A DNA stretch of 64,000 bases. Origin: Candidatus Hydrogenedentota bacterium (GTDB lineage Bacteria; Hydrogenedentota; Hydrogenedentia; Hydrogenedentales; JAGMZX01). The stretch covers positions 15,262 to 79,261 of the forward strand of contig JAKQEQ010000193.1 of NCBI GenBank assembly GCA_029556545.1. Direction: 5' to 3'. Within the stretch, counting starts at the first letter, position 1. Every line of letters begins with the position of its first letter. The notes under the pieces were generated by a model. It searched no databases, was not told the DNA's origin, and saw nothing but the letters and a program-made list of their open reading frames with translations. The position numbers and the translations under genes were made by a program. Below, piece after piece: positions 20,976 through 28,602 of the stretch.

Positions 20976-21842
20976 GTGGGCAAGGTATCCGAGGTGTGTC
21001 AGGAGCGTATCGTCGAGGCGATAACGACGCGGGTGCGCGTACTGCGAGAACACGTCGATGCCGTGCGCCGCGAAGACCCCGACGGCATTCACGACATGCG
21101 CGTGGCGTCGCGACGGCTCCGAGCCGCGCTGTCCGAATACGCGGCGTTCTTACCGAAAGCGCCGCGCGGGGAGTTATTGCATGAAGCCCGCCGCATCACG
21201 CGTCTGCTGGGCCGCCCCCGGGAACTCGACGTGACCCTTGGATTGCTGGCGCGGTATCACGACGAGAGCGACGCCGCCGCGCGCGCCGCCGCAACCACCC
21301 TCATGGACCGCTTACGCGGGGAACGCGCGCAGCTCGCCGCGGATTGCCTCGAAGCGGCGGATATGGCGGCATCCGAAACGATCGACGGCATGCTGCGGCG
21401 ATTGATCGAGGGGACGCGGCCGAAAGGGCGATCCGTCGTGGACGAGGTCGCGCGCCGCCTGCGCCGGCGTTTCAACGCCCTGACCGACGAGTACGGCGCA
21501 TGGATCGATACGGGTGAACGGGAACAGTTGCATCGCGTGCGCGTCGCGTTCAAGAAATTCCGTTACGCATGTGAACTGTTCACGCCCTACTTCGGCGATC
21601 GTATGGACGTGGTCATTCAAGAACTCAAGCAGATTCAGGAGCATCTCGGCGCGTGGAACGACGGGCGCGTGCTCTTGCGCGAAGCGGGCAACCTGCCCGA
21701 CGCGCCTGGAATGGATGCGCTGCGCGCTGCGTTCGAGGAAGAAACAAGGAAACACCTCCACGCGTTTCAGACGATCGCGGGGGACTTCTTCTCGAAGAAA
21801 CGCCGCACGCGCCTCCGGCGCTTCTTCCGCGCCGCACAGTGA
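20976..21842 (+). CDS. CHAD-domain protein
   Basis: GTG start 11 nt after the HD gene stop, with RBS aaggaac. IHDMRVASRRLRAALSEY...HRVRVAFKKFRYACELF are the conserved His/Arg helices of CHAD. Confidence 0.8.
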   Translation: MGKVSEVCQERIVEAITTRVRVLREHVDAVRREDPDGIHDMRVASRRLRAALSEYAAFLPKAPRGELLHEARRITRLLGRPRELDVTLGLLARYHDESDAAARAAATTLMDRLRGERAQLAADCLEAADMAASETIDGMLRRLIEGTRPKGRSVVDEVARRLRRRFNALTDEYGAWIDTGEREQLHRVRVAFKKFRYACELFTPYFGDRMDVVIQELKQIQEHLGAWNDGRVLLREAGNLPDAPGMDALRAAFEEETRKHLHAFQTIAGDFFSKKRRTRLRRFFRAAQ

Positions 21843-21871
21843 TGATCTCGGCCGATCTATCGCCCGACCGG

Positions 21872-22312
21872 CTAGCCCTCAAGACGCCGCCGCGCTTCCC
21901 GCGCGCCGAGGCCGCGAATTGCGTAGAGCGCCTTCTTGGTATTCGAACGCAACCGTAACCGGCCCCCCTTCCGTTCCCATTGGTAGATGGATTGCGCGCT
22001 CACGCCGACGAGTTTCGCGAAGTCGGCCTGCGTCAGCCGCAGCCGATCACGCAGCGTGCGAATGGTCGTACTGCTGATTCGCAGCCGATCCGCCTTGTCC
22101 TCCGACGCGACGGCCTCTTGCTCCTTCAGCCCCGCCGTCGCGCGCGCAAGCCGCCGATTCTCCGTCTCGAGCTTCGCTACGCGGCGTTTCAAGGACGCGA
22201 GCGTGCGCCTCATCTCCGCTTGAAACTTGTGCGCTTTTCCCGTGCCGTCCTTCACCTCTTTTCGCGCAAGACGACGCACTTCCTCTTTGAACGCGGAAAC
22301 GAAATTGGGCAT
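21872..22312 (-). CDS. XRE-family HTH transcriptional regulator with N-terminal coiled coil
   Basis: RLTQADFAKLVGVSAQSIYQWERK is a Cro/C1-type HTH. A strong RBS aaggagag lies 7 nt before ATG 22312. Confidence 0.8.
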   Translation of the reverse strand: MPNFVSAFKEEVRRLARKEVKDGTGKAHKFQAEMRRTLASLKRRVAKLETENRRLARATAGLKEQEAVASEDKADRLRISSTTIRTLRDRLRLTQADFAKLVGVSAQSIYQWERKGGRLRLRSNTKKALYAIRGLGAREARRRLEG

Positions 22313-22379
22313 CGTAACTCTCCTTCGCGGTTAGCAACCCGATCTTGTCACGAGAAAACCGAATGAATCGCCTGTTAGT

Positions 22380-22985
22380 ATGTCATTTCCGCCGCGATCT
22401 TGTCAACCGTAATGATTATAGCATCGCTTAGATTAGGGTGCTGTTCCGCAATTACCGCTGGATTGCCGGATTCTTGGCGGAGTCGCGGTTGAATCGTGGC
22501 CTATGTTGCGGATAGCGCGGACGACGTGCCTCATGTCGCGGATACCGCGGACGACTTGTTAGCGCGCTTTAGCGCGCTCCTCTTTGCACCCTGCTTTAGC
22601 AGGGGTGTAGGGGAATTGCCTTTCCCGCCGATAGGGCGCTTCAGCGTCGCTTTCCGGATGGCTTCAGCGCTGAAGCACTTGAAAAGCCGCGCTGAAGCGG
22701 GCTTTGGCGCAGGAGAGCCCTCGTCTCACCCCGCATGAATGCGGGTGCAAAGAGGAGCCCGCCGAGGCGCGCTAATCAGCCCCTGAGACGCCGCAGTCGG
22801 TAATCGCGGAACCGCACCCTTAGATTATCGGCGACGGCGGCAAGGCAATCTCGAATCTGTGTCTTATTCTTAACGCGGCGGCGCATCCAGCGAAGCATGA
22901 CGAGAGAGCATTCGTGGTCGGCTAAGCCGCCGCACATTACGTCTCCAGGCGCATAGCGCATACTTCTTCCTCGTTTGTACGAATT
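22380..22985. other. non-coding island of lower GC, rich in short GC-stem hairpins and short direct repeats
   Basis: No credible ORF is present. Hairpins: gcgcgc-ttta-gcgcgc, ccctgc-ttta-gcaggg, gcttcagcgctgaagc (perfect palindrome), cccgcat-ga-atgcggg. Direct repeats: gcggata[g/c]cgcggacgac x2 and cgatcttgtca x2. Confidence 0.5.
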
Positions 22986-22987
22986 GG

Positions 22988-23073
22988 CCTGGATTCCCGC
23001 TTTCGCGGGAATGACGCCGGGGGCGAATTTGGCCCTCTTTTCCGTCATTCCCGCGAAAGCGGGAATCCAGAAA
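22988..23073. repeat. perfect 28-bp inverted repeat with a 30-bp spacer; each arm contains the nested palindrome ATTCCCGC-N-GCGGGAAT
   Basis: Left arm ctggattcccgctttcgcgggaatgacg (22988-23015) equals the reverse complement of cgtcattcccgcgaaagcgggaatccag (23046-23073). It sits about 80 bp downstream of the stop of the minus-strand gene 23154..23966. Confidence 0.8.
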
Positions 23074-23153
23074 GGTACAGATAGTGCCCTTAACCGAACA
23101 CGAATGGACGAGAGAGTGAAAAGTGACCCTCACGCGCACGCGGAGTGACACGA

Positions 23154-23966
23154 TCAGGGCGGCGTGGCCAAGCGCAGCATGCCCATGCGCGTCAATGCGA
23201 AATCATAACGAACCGGGTCTTCCGGACAGACGCGGCGAAAGCCCGCGGTCGCCTCGATAGCAGCCCGCGCGTCCGCGGTCTTTCGCGTCGTAAGGCCCAA
23301 CTTGAGACAAATTCGATGCATGTGCGTGTCGAGCGGTATGACGAGCTTCGCGGGGTCGAGACCCGTCCAGGTTCCCGGGTCCACCGCGTCGCGGCGCACC
23401 ATCCAGCGAAGATAAAGCCAGAGCCGCTTGCACGCGCTGCCGCGCGCCGGTTCCGGTAGAAGATAGTTCATCACCGGCGGCGATTCCGCGCGCAGTTCAT
23501 CCACGAAGCGCGTGAGCGCGGCAAGATAATCGGCGTCCCCTTCCCGTATGCACGCACGAAAGCAGGCGTGAAGCGATCCCCGCGTGAGCAGTACCCGCCG
23601 TGCACCCGTCAACAGGTCCGCGAGTTCGCGCTCCCGCGCGAAACGGTGCTGGAAACCGCGGCACAACCTCCTGATCGCCGTTGGTTCCGCGGCGCGCAAG
23701 TCCGCGGCCGGCCGTGGCAGGCGCGCGATCGCGGCGTCCACACTGCGCAAGATCGTCTTCACATTCCCGAACGCCAGCGACGCCGCGATCAGCCCGACCA
23801 GTTCCTGGTCCGCCGGGTCCGAGAAACGCAACACCGCCGCCAGGGGATCGGTGTGCACGTACTCGGCGCGCGTGTACTCCCGATAGATCCGTTCGAGGGC
23901 CGCCCGCCGGACAGGCGCCGCGTTCCTCGCGAGGGTCTCGGGACGGTGGAAGCGTTCGCGCATCAC
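23154..23966 (-). CDS. conserved hypothetical protein (TIGR02757/DUF2400-like)
   Basis: 270 aa coding-like frame. The C-terminal RYDFALTRMG and overall pattern resemble the TIGR02757 family. This assignment comes from memory of the family, not from a search. Confidence 0.6.
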   Translation of the reverse strand: MMRERFHRPETLARNAAPVRRAALERIYREYTRAEYVHTDPLAAVLRFSDPADQELVGLIAASLAFGNVKTILRSVDAAIARLPRPAADLRAAEPTAIRRLCRGFQHRFARERELADLLTGARRVLLTRGSLHACFRACIREGDADYLAALTRFVDELRAESPPVMNYLLPEPARGSACKRLWLYLRWMVRRDAVDPGTWTGLDPAKLVIPLDTHMHRICLKLGLTTRKTADARAAIEATAGFRRVCPEDPVRYDFALTRMGMLRLATPP

Positions 23967-24078
23967 TTGCCTTGCTGCCGTTATGGTCGGTCGCGCACCG
24001 TGTGAATCGCATCTACCGTTGCATCAGGATGCGCGCGGTGGTCCGCGTCCGATAGCGTCACGGCGGCGAGGTCCTACG

Positions 24079-24894
24079 TCACCCGCCTCCGAGTCGGAGG
24101 CGCTCTTGCGCGTCCGGCTCGGAATCATGCGGCAACACCACCGCGAACCAAATGATGAAGACGGTCAGCGCCCAGATCGCCACGTGTTCCAGCAGGGGAA
24201 AAGACTCCAGCCCGCGAACAGCCACAGTCAAATAGGCGGCTATCTCGCGTCCGGAAGCGCTCGCGGCGGCCCGGATTGCCGCATAGACGGAACCCCATTC
24301 GATCTTCCAGCCGACCGCCGCAAACACGGGCACACACACCAGGAAGGGCCCGATGAGTCTCGAATAAGGGAGACTCCCCTCTTCGGCGAGGGCCTCCCGT
24401 TTGATCTTGTTCCTGATCAGGAATACGCCGTACCAGATAACGCCCAGGGAAAACCCCGCGGCAATCACGCCGGCCGAGTGCCTGTGGACGTCCTGCCATT
24501 GCAGGTTGCCGAGGACACTGCCGTGGGCGTCGGGGAACAGGCCCGTCAACGCGATCGCGGCGCAACCCACGAGAAAGAAGACCGCCCCGATTCCCGCGCC
24601 CCGGCCGGAAATGGCCGCAAGCCTCCGCCAAATGTAGAAGATGACCGGCGTCATTACCACGCCGCAATACACCATCGCGACGGAGAAGAGCCAGTACCAG
24701 TCGGGATTGTGTCTGTTGTCAAAACTACCCAGGGCGCTTAGCGTGTGCGTCTTGATCGAATAGGCGTGTTCCGCCGGATAGCCCAGCCAGGCACAGAAGA
24801 CCAATCCCCAATACCCCACCGCCAGAACCGCCAGGTGCCGGCGAATCTCCGCCCGAGTGTGCCGGCCCGACATGTACCGTTTCAGCGTTTCCAT
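24079..24894 (-). CDS. hypothetical integral membrane protein (about 7 TM)
   Basis: 271 aa with multiple hydrophobic helices and Trp/Tyr-rich loops. No motif recognised. Confidence 0.6.
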   Translation of the reverse strand: METLKRYMSGRHTRAEIRRHLAVLAVGYWGLVFCAWLGYPAEHAYSIKTHTLSALGSFDNRHNPDWYWLFSVAMVYCGVVMTPVIFYIWRRLAAISGRGAGIGAVFFLVGCAAIALTGLFPDAHGSVLGNLQWQDVHRHSAGVIAAGFSLGVIWYGVFLIRNKIKREALAEEGSLPYSRLIGPFLVCVPVFAAVGWKIEWGSVYAAIRAAASASGREIAAYLTVAVRGLESFPLLEHVAIWALTVFIIWFAVVLPHDSEPDAQERLRLGGG

Positions 24895-25290
24895 TGACTT
24901 GCCTCGTACACTGCCTCAAGCAACTCGGTCGCGCATTCCCGCAAACGCATTCGCCGTCCGCGACGCGCGCAACGGCGCATAGTCTACCGCCATGCAGGTT
25001 CCGAACGCGACAAAGCCGGCGCCGCCGACGGCGGTCACGCACCCGCCACCCCGGCGCGGCGCATGGATACTATCATATCGCTCAACACAGCCAAAGCGCC
25101 AAGCCCTCCATGCGCCCGCTTGAAGCCGGAACGTGATTCCGCGGTCCCCTTGTCGCGTCGCTTTTGTGACGGCACGTGGACCTGCTACGATGAAACCGTC
25201 CGAAACAGTAGCGGCGTTGCGGCCGGACGTCGTCCCGCGCGGCGCCACGGGTGTCGCGAACCGGAATCTTCCGCGCGTAAGGAGTCGATC

Positions 25291-26625
25291 ATGAAGACCA
25301 GCCGGCGTTCCTTCCTCAAGGAGTTGTCCATCCTCTCAACCGCTCCGTTCATTCTCCCGTCCCGCGTCTGGAGCGCTGAGACCAAGCCGAACGACCGTGT
25401 TGTCATGGGATTTATCGGTATGGGCAAGCAAAGCAGGGGACTCCTCGAGGCCTTCCTGCACCGCCGAAACTGCCAGGTCGTAGCCGTCTGCGACGTTGAC
25501 ACGACCCGCCGGACAGCCGCGCGGGACCGAGTCGATAAGTTCTATACGGACAGGCGGAAGACCGGCGCCCCGGAATGCAAAGCATACAACGATTTCCGCG
25601 AACTCATCGCGCGAGACGATATTAACGCCGTGTGCATCGCCACCCCGGACCATTGGCACGCCATACCCACCATCGCGGCCCTGCGCACGGGCAAGGACGT
25701 CTATTGCGAGAAGCCCTTGACCCACAACATCCACGAATCCATCGCCGTCATGGATGCGGTCAAAGTGAACAACCGCGTCCTGCAGAACGGCTCCATGCAA
25801 CGCTCCATGGAGGAATTCCGAGTCGCCTGCGAACTGGTCCGGAACGGCGCTATCGGGAAGATAGACCGCGTGGAATGCAGTTTCGGGCCCCCGGGAATCC
25901 CCTGCGACTTGCCGGAAGAGCCGTTAGAGCCCGGACTCGACTGGGATATGTGGGTCGGGCCCGCGCCGATGCGCCCCTACAACTCGGTATTGAGCCCCCG
26001 CGGCATGCACGACCACTTCCCGGACTGGCGCGCGTACAAGGAATTCGGCGGCGGCGCTGTGTGCGACTGGGGCGCCCATCACCTCGATATCGCGCAATGG
26101 GGCCTGGGAACCGACGACAGCGGCCCGGTCGAGATTCATCCGCCGAGCGACCCGCGGGCGAAGGAGGGCGCCGTGCTGCACTATGACAACGGCGTGCGCG
26201 TGATCCACCGGCAGGGGTTTGGCGTCCACTTCTTCGGCAACGACGGCGAAATCAAGGTAAACCGCGGCCAGTTCGAGTTCTGGCGCGACGGCAAGAAGAT
26301 CGCCGGCTTCGCCAACCGAGAGGACGGCGGCTCCCTCGAATCCACCATTCTCCGCGTCAAGAAGGACTTCCTGGAAAATGCCGAGATTCGACTCTACGAG
26401 AGCCGCGATCACATTTGGAACTTCATGGACTGCGTACGATCGCGCGCCAAGCCGATCACCGACGAAGAAATCGGCGGCCGCAGCGCCATATGTTGTCACC
26501 TGCTGAATCAGGCGTACTACAACCACGAAGTCATCAAGTGGAATCCGAAGCAAATGTGTTTCGCGCACGACAGCGGAAAACCCGAATGGCTCACCCGCGA
26601 CTACCGCGCCCCCTGGAACGTCTAG
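25291..26625 (+). CDS. Gfo/Idh/MocA-family oxidoreductase with twin-arginine (Tat) signal peptide
   Basis: Internal ATG 25291 is preceded by the RBS aaggag. MKTSRRSFLKELSILSTAPF is a Tat motif. GFIGMGKQ is the Rossmann motif and YCEKPLTHN the EKP motif. Confidence 0.85.
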   Translation: MKTSRRSFLKELSILSTAPFILPSRVWSAETKPNDRVVMGFIGMGKQSRGLLEAFLHRRNCQVVAVCDVDTTRRTAARDRVDKFYTDRRKTGAPECKAYNDFRELIARDDINAVCIATPDHWHAIPTIAALRTGKDVYCEKPLTHNIHESIAVMDAVKVNNRVLQNGSMQRSMEEFRVACELVRNGAIGKIDRVECSFGPPGIPCDLPEEPLEPGLDWDMWVGPAPMRPYNSVLSPRGMHDHFPDWRAYKEFGGGAVCDWGAHHLDIAQWGLGTDDSGPVEIHPPSDPRAKEGAVLHYDNGVRVIHRQGFGVHFFGNDGEIKVNRGQFEFWRDGKKIAGFANREDGGSLESTILRVKKDFLENAEIRLYESRDHIWNFMDCVRSRAKPITDEEIGGRSAICCHLLNQAYYNHEVIKWNPKQMCFAHDSGKPEWLTRDYRAPWNV

Positions 26626-26642
26626 TTGCTCCCGCGCCCGGT

Positions 26643-26675
26643 CCCGTCCCCTCTCCCCGAGCGAGAGGGGACGGG
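26643..26675 (+). terminator. GC-rich hairpin (13-bp perfect stem, 7-nt loop), 18 nt after the oxidoreductase stop
   Basis: cccgtcccctctc-cccgagc-gagaggggacggg. There is no U-tract, which is common for intrinsic terminators in high-GC genomes. Confidence 0.4.
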
Positions 26676-26741
26676 TAAGGGTTGGGGGCGGGCCGAAACC
26701 TTCGCCACGCGGCGCAGGCGCCTCCACCGCGTGTCGCCCCG

Positions 26742-26771
26742 CTGGCGCGGTCAAGAGACCGGCCACAATGG
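26742..26771. repeat. left copy (inverted orientation) of the roughly 30-bp repeat ATTGTGGCCGGTCTCYTGACCGCGCCASCG
   Basis: Plus strand gctggcgcggtcaagagaccggccacaatgg. Its reverse complement matches 27200-27232 with 2 mismatches over about 30 bp. Confidence 0.6.
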
Positions 26772-26880
26772 AGAACGCCGGAACCAACGGGCGTCGATAT
26801 ATTCGTGTCGCGACCGCGACTTGACTCGACGGAGGGTTAGCCGGTACAGTCTTATTGGTAAGATTCGAAGGAGCTATGCC

Positions 26881-27147
26881 ATGAGTCAGACCGTCGCAAC
26901 GACAAAGATGAGTTCCAGGGGACAGGTGGTCATCCCGGAGACTATTCGCGACCGCCTGCGGCTTGGTCCCGGCGTGCAATTCGCGGTGTTCGCACAGGAG
27001 GACGTAGTCATGCTGAAGGTAATCAATCCGCCATCGGCGGACGAATTCGCGCGCCTGAAACGTGAGCTTCAACGGCAGGCGCGCCAAGGCGGCCGCAAAC
27101 GGTCAGACATCCCCAAGACCATTTCCAAAGTGCGTGGCCGCCGGTGA
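26881..27147 (+). CDS. AbrB/MazE/SpoVT-fold antitoxin (VapB-like)
   Basis: 88 aa from ATG 26881 (RBS ggag). SSRGQVVIPETIRDRLRLGPGVQFAV is the swapped-hairpin AbrB-fold motif. The stop overlaps the GTG of a PIN-domain ORF (GTGA). Confidence 0.7.
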   Translation: MSQTVATTKMSSRGQVVIPETIRDRLRLGPGVQFAVFAQEDVVMLKVINPPSADEFARLKRELQRQARQGGRKRSDIPKTISKVRGRR

Positions 27148-27221
27148 GACTCGTAGTCGATACGAACGTGCTGATCTCGGGTGCATTCTACCCGGGACCA
27201 TTGTTGTGGCCGGTCTCCTGA
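27144..27221 (+). pseudogene. truncated PIN-domain (VapC) toxin gene; only 25 codons remain
   Basis: GTG 27144 overlaps the antitoxin stop. VRLVVDTNVLISGAFYPGPLLWPVS* has the canonical PIN start (VVDTNVLIS). The frame ends inside the right copy of the 30-bp repeat. Confidence 0.5.
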
Positions 27222-27232
27222 CCGCGCCACCG
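27200..27232. repeat. right copy of the roughly 30-bp repeat; together with 26742-26771 it forms an inverted pair bracketing the abrB-vapC remnant
   Basis: ttgttgtggccggtctcctgaccgcgccaccg. It supplies the stop codon of the truncated vapC. Confidence 0.6.
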
Positions 27233-27356
27233 CCGCGACCGAAGGTCTCCAAGACCCTTACGACAGAACCCCATGAAGTCCCGCAATAACCCTGTGGTCT
27301 CTGTAATCCGTAATCCGCAATCCGCATTCCATACGCTGCAAGATAACGCCAAGCGC

Positions 27357-28133
27357 CTACCCAAGGTGCCCGACGGCGTTCCGGAAGACTTGCAGCCCCG
27401 CGCCTTCCTCGGGGAATTCTTCGCGGGTCCAGCGGGGATGTTGCGTGCGCGCGACGAACGCCTCGGGGTGCGGCATAAGCCCGAGCACGCGCCCCGACGG
27501 ATCGCAGATGCCCGCGATATCATCCACCGCGCCGTTCGGATTCGCCGGGTACGCGCCGCGGGCGGGCGCGCCGTCGGGTCCCGCGTAGCGGAACACGACC
27601 TGGCCGTTGGCGCGGAGTCTTTCGAGTACGGCGTCGTCGCGGGGGATGAACTTGCCCTCGCCGTGGCGAATCGGCAGTTCGAGGCCGGTGATGCCCTGGC
27701 TCCAGACGCAGCGGGTGCCCGGGTCCGCCGTGAGGCGCACCCAGCGGTCCTCGAACCGCCCCGAGTCGTTGTGCGTGACCGTGACCTCCTGTCGGAACGC
27801 GCCGTTGAACAGCGGCAGGATGCCCATCTTCACCATGACCTGGAACCCGTTGCAGATGCCGATGGCGAGCTTGCCCGCCGCGAGGAACTCCGCGATCGGC
27901 TCGCCCAGCTTGAAGCGGAGGCGGTTCGCGAGAATCTTTCCCGAGGCGACGTCGTCGCCGAAGGAGAACCCGCCGGGGACCGCGAGGATATGGAATTCGT
28001 GCAGCCGCGCCGGGTCCGCCACAAGATCATTCAGGTGGACAAACGCCGTCTCCGCGCCCGCAAGATGGAAAGCGTGTGCGGTCTCGTGCTCGCAGTTAAT
28101 CCCGAAACCGGTCACTATCAGTGCGCGTACCAC
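27357..28133 (-). CDS. purQ: phosphoribosylformylglycinamidine synthase glutaminase subunit PurQ
   Basis: ALIVTGFGINCEHETAHAF..., catalytic GICNGFQVMVKMG and PHPE motifs. I chose GTG 28133; the alternative ATG 28250 adds 39 non-conserved residues. Confidence 0.8.
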   Translation of the reverse strand: MVRALIVTGFGINCEHETAHAFHLAGAETAFVHLNDLVADPARLHEFHILAVPGGFSFGDDVASGKILANRLRFKLGEPIAEFLAAGKLAIGICNGFQVMVKMGILPLFNGAFRQEVTVTHNDSGRFEDRWVRLTADPGTRCVWSQGITGLELPIRHGEGKFIPRDDAVLERLRANGQVVFRYAGPDGAPARGAYPANPNGAVDDIAGICDPSGRVLGLMPHPEAFVARTQHPRWTREEFPEEGAGLQVFRNAVGHLG

Positions 28134-28283
28134 CGAAGGAGGGCCTTTCCCCACTGTGGACTGCGGCAGCTTGCTGCCGCTCTTCCTTCCGGGCGGCTTG
28201 CCGCCCGAGACAGGCTTCGAGATGAACTGAGCGCAAGCAAGCTTGCGCACTCCACAGGCAACCGTAATCCAAATACCATGAGC

Positions 28284-28496
28284 TTAGGCATTTACTACAG
28301 CCTCAAACGTGGTCATCATGGCCGTGGAGGCCGCCGGCATGGGAAATTCCATGAGGTAGGCTTCAGTCGCTTCCTTTAGGTTGGCGATGGCCTCCTCGAC
28401 CGTATAACCTTGGCTAACCGTGCCCACCTCCGGGCAATCGGCGACGTAGAGATCATCTTCCTTGTGTAATACGGCTGTGAATGTCTTGTGCGTCAT
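28284..28496 (-). CDS. HicB-like (UPF0150) antitoxin-family protein, orphan, located between purSL and purQ
   Basis: 70 aa. MTHKTFTAVLHKEDDLYVADCPEVGTVSQGYTVEEAIANLKEATEAYL matches the small HicB/UPF0150 fold signature (YVAxxPElxgc...G.T.EEAl.NlkEAiELyl). No hicA-like ORF is nearby. Confidence 0.65.
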   Translation of the reverse strand: MTHKTFTAVLHKEDDLYVADCPEVGTVSQGYTVEEAIANLKEATEAYLMEFPMPAASTAMMTTFEAVVNA

Positions 28497-28602
28497 GCCG
28501 CAGCCTCCATCTCGGCGCTGCCTCGGAGATCAGTCACCGTATCGTTCCTCTGTCGACACTTTCATTATCCATGATGCCCAGACTTGCTGTCCAGCGATGT
28601 TC

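Noticed and set aside
22380-23073. CRISPR array
   Set aside because: Repeats are short, non-identical and irregularly spaced, with no repeat-spacer periodicity. I scored it as a hairpin/REP-like island instead.
22988-23073. Assignment of the 28-bp inverted repeat to the Neisseria dRS3/NIME repeat family
   Set aside because: The ATTCCC-N8-GGGAAT pattern matches from memory, but I cannot verify the family. The genomic GC content is incompatible with Neisseria, so I report it only as a pattern resemblance.
27296-27330. Tandem heptamer TAATCCG x3.5 downstream of purQ
   Set aside because: It is too short and imperfect to call an element. It is possibly part of the purQ terminator region. Noted but not scored as a feature.
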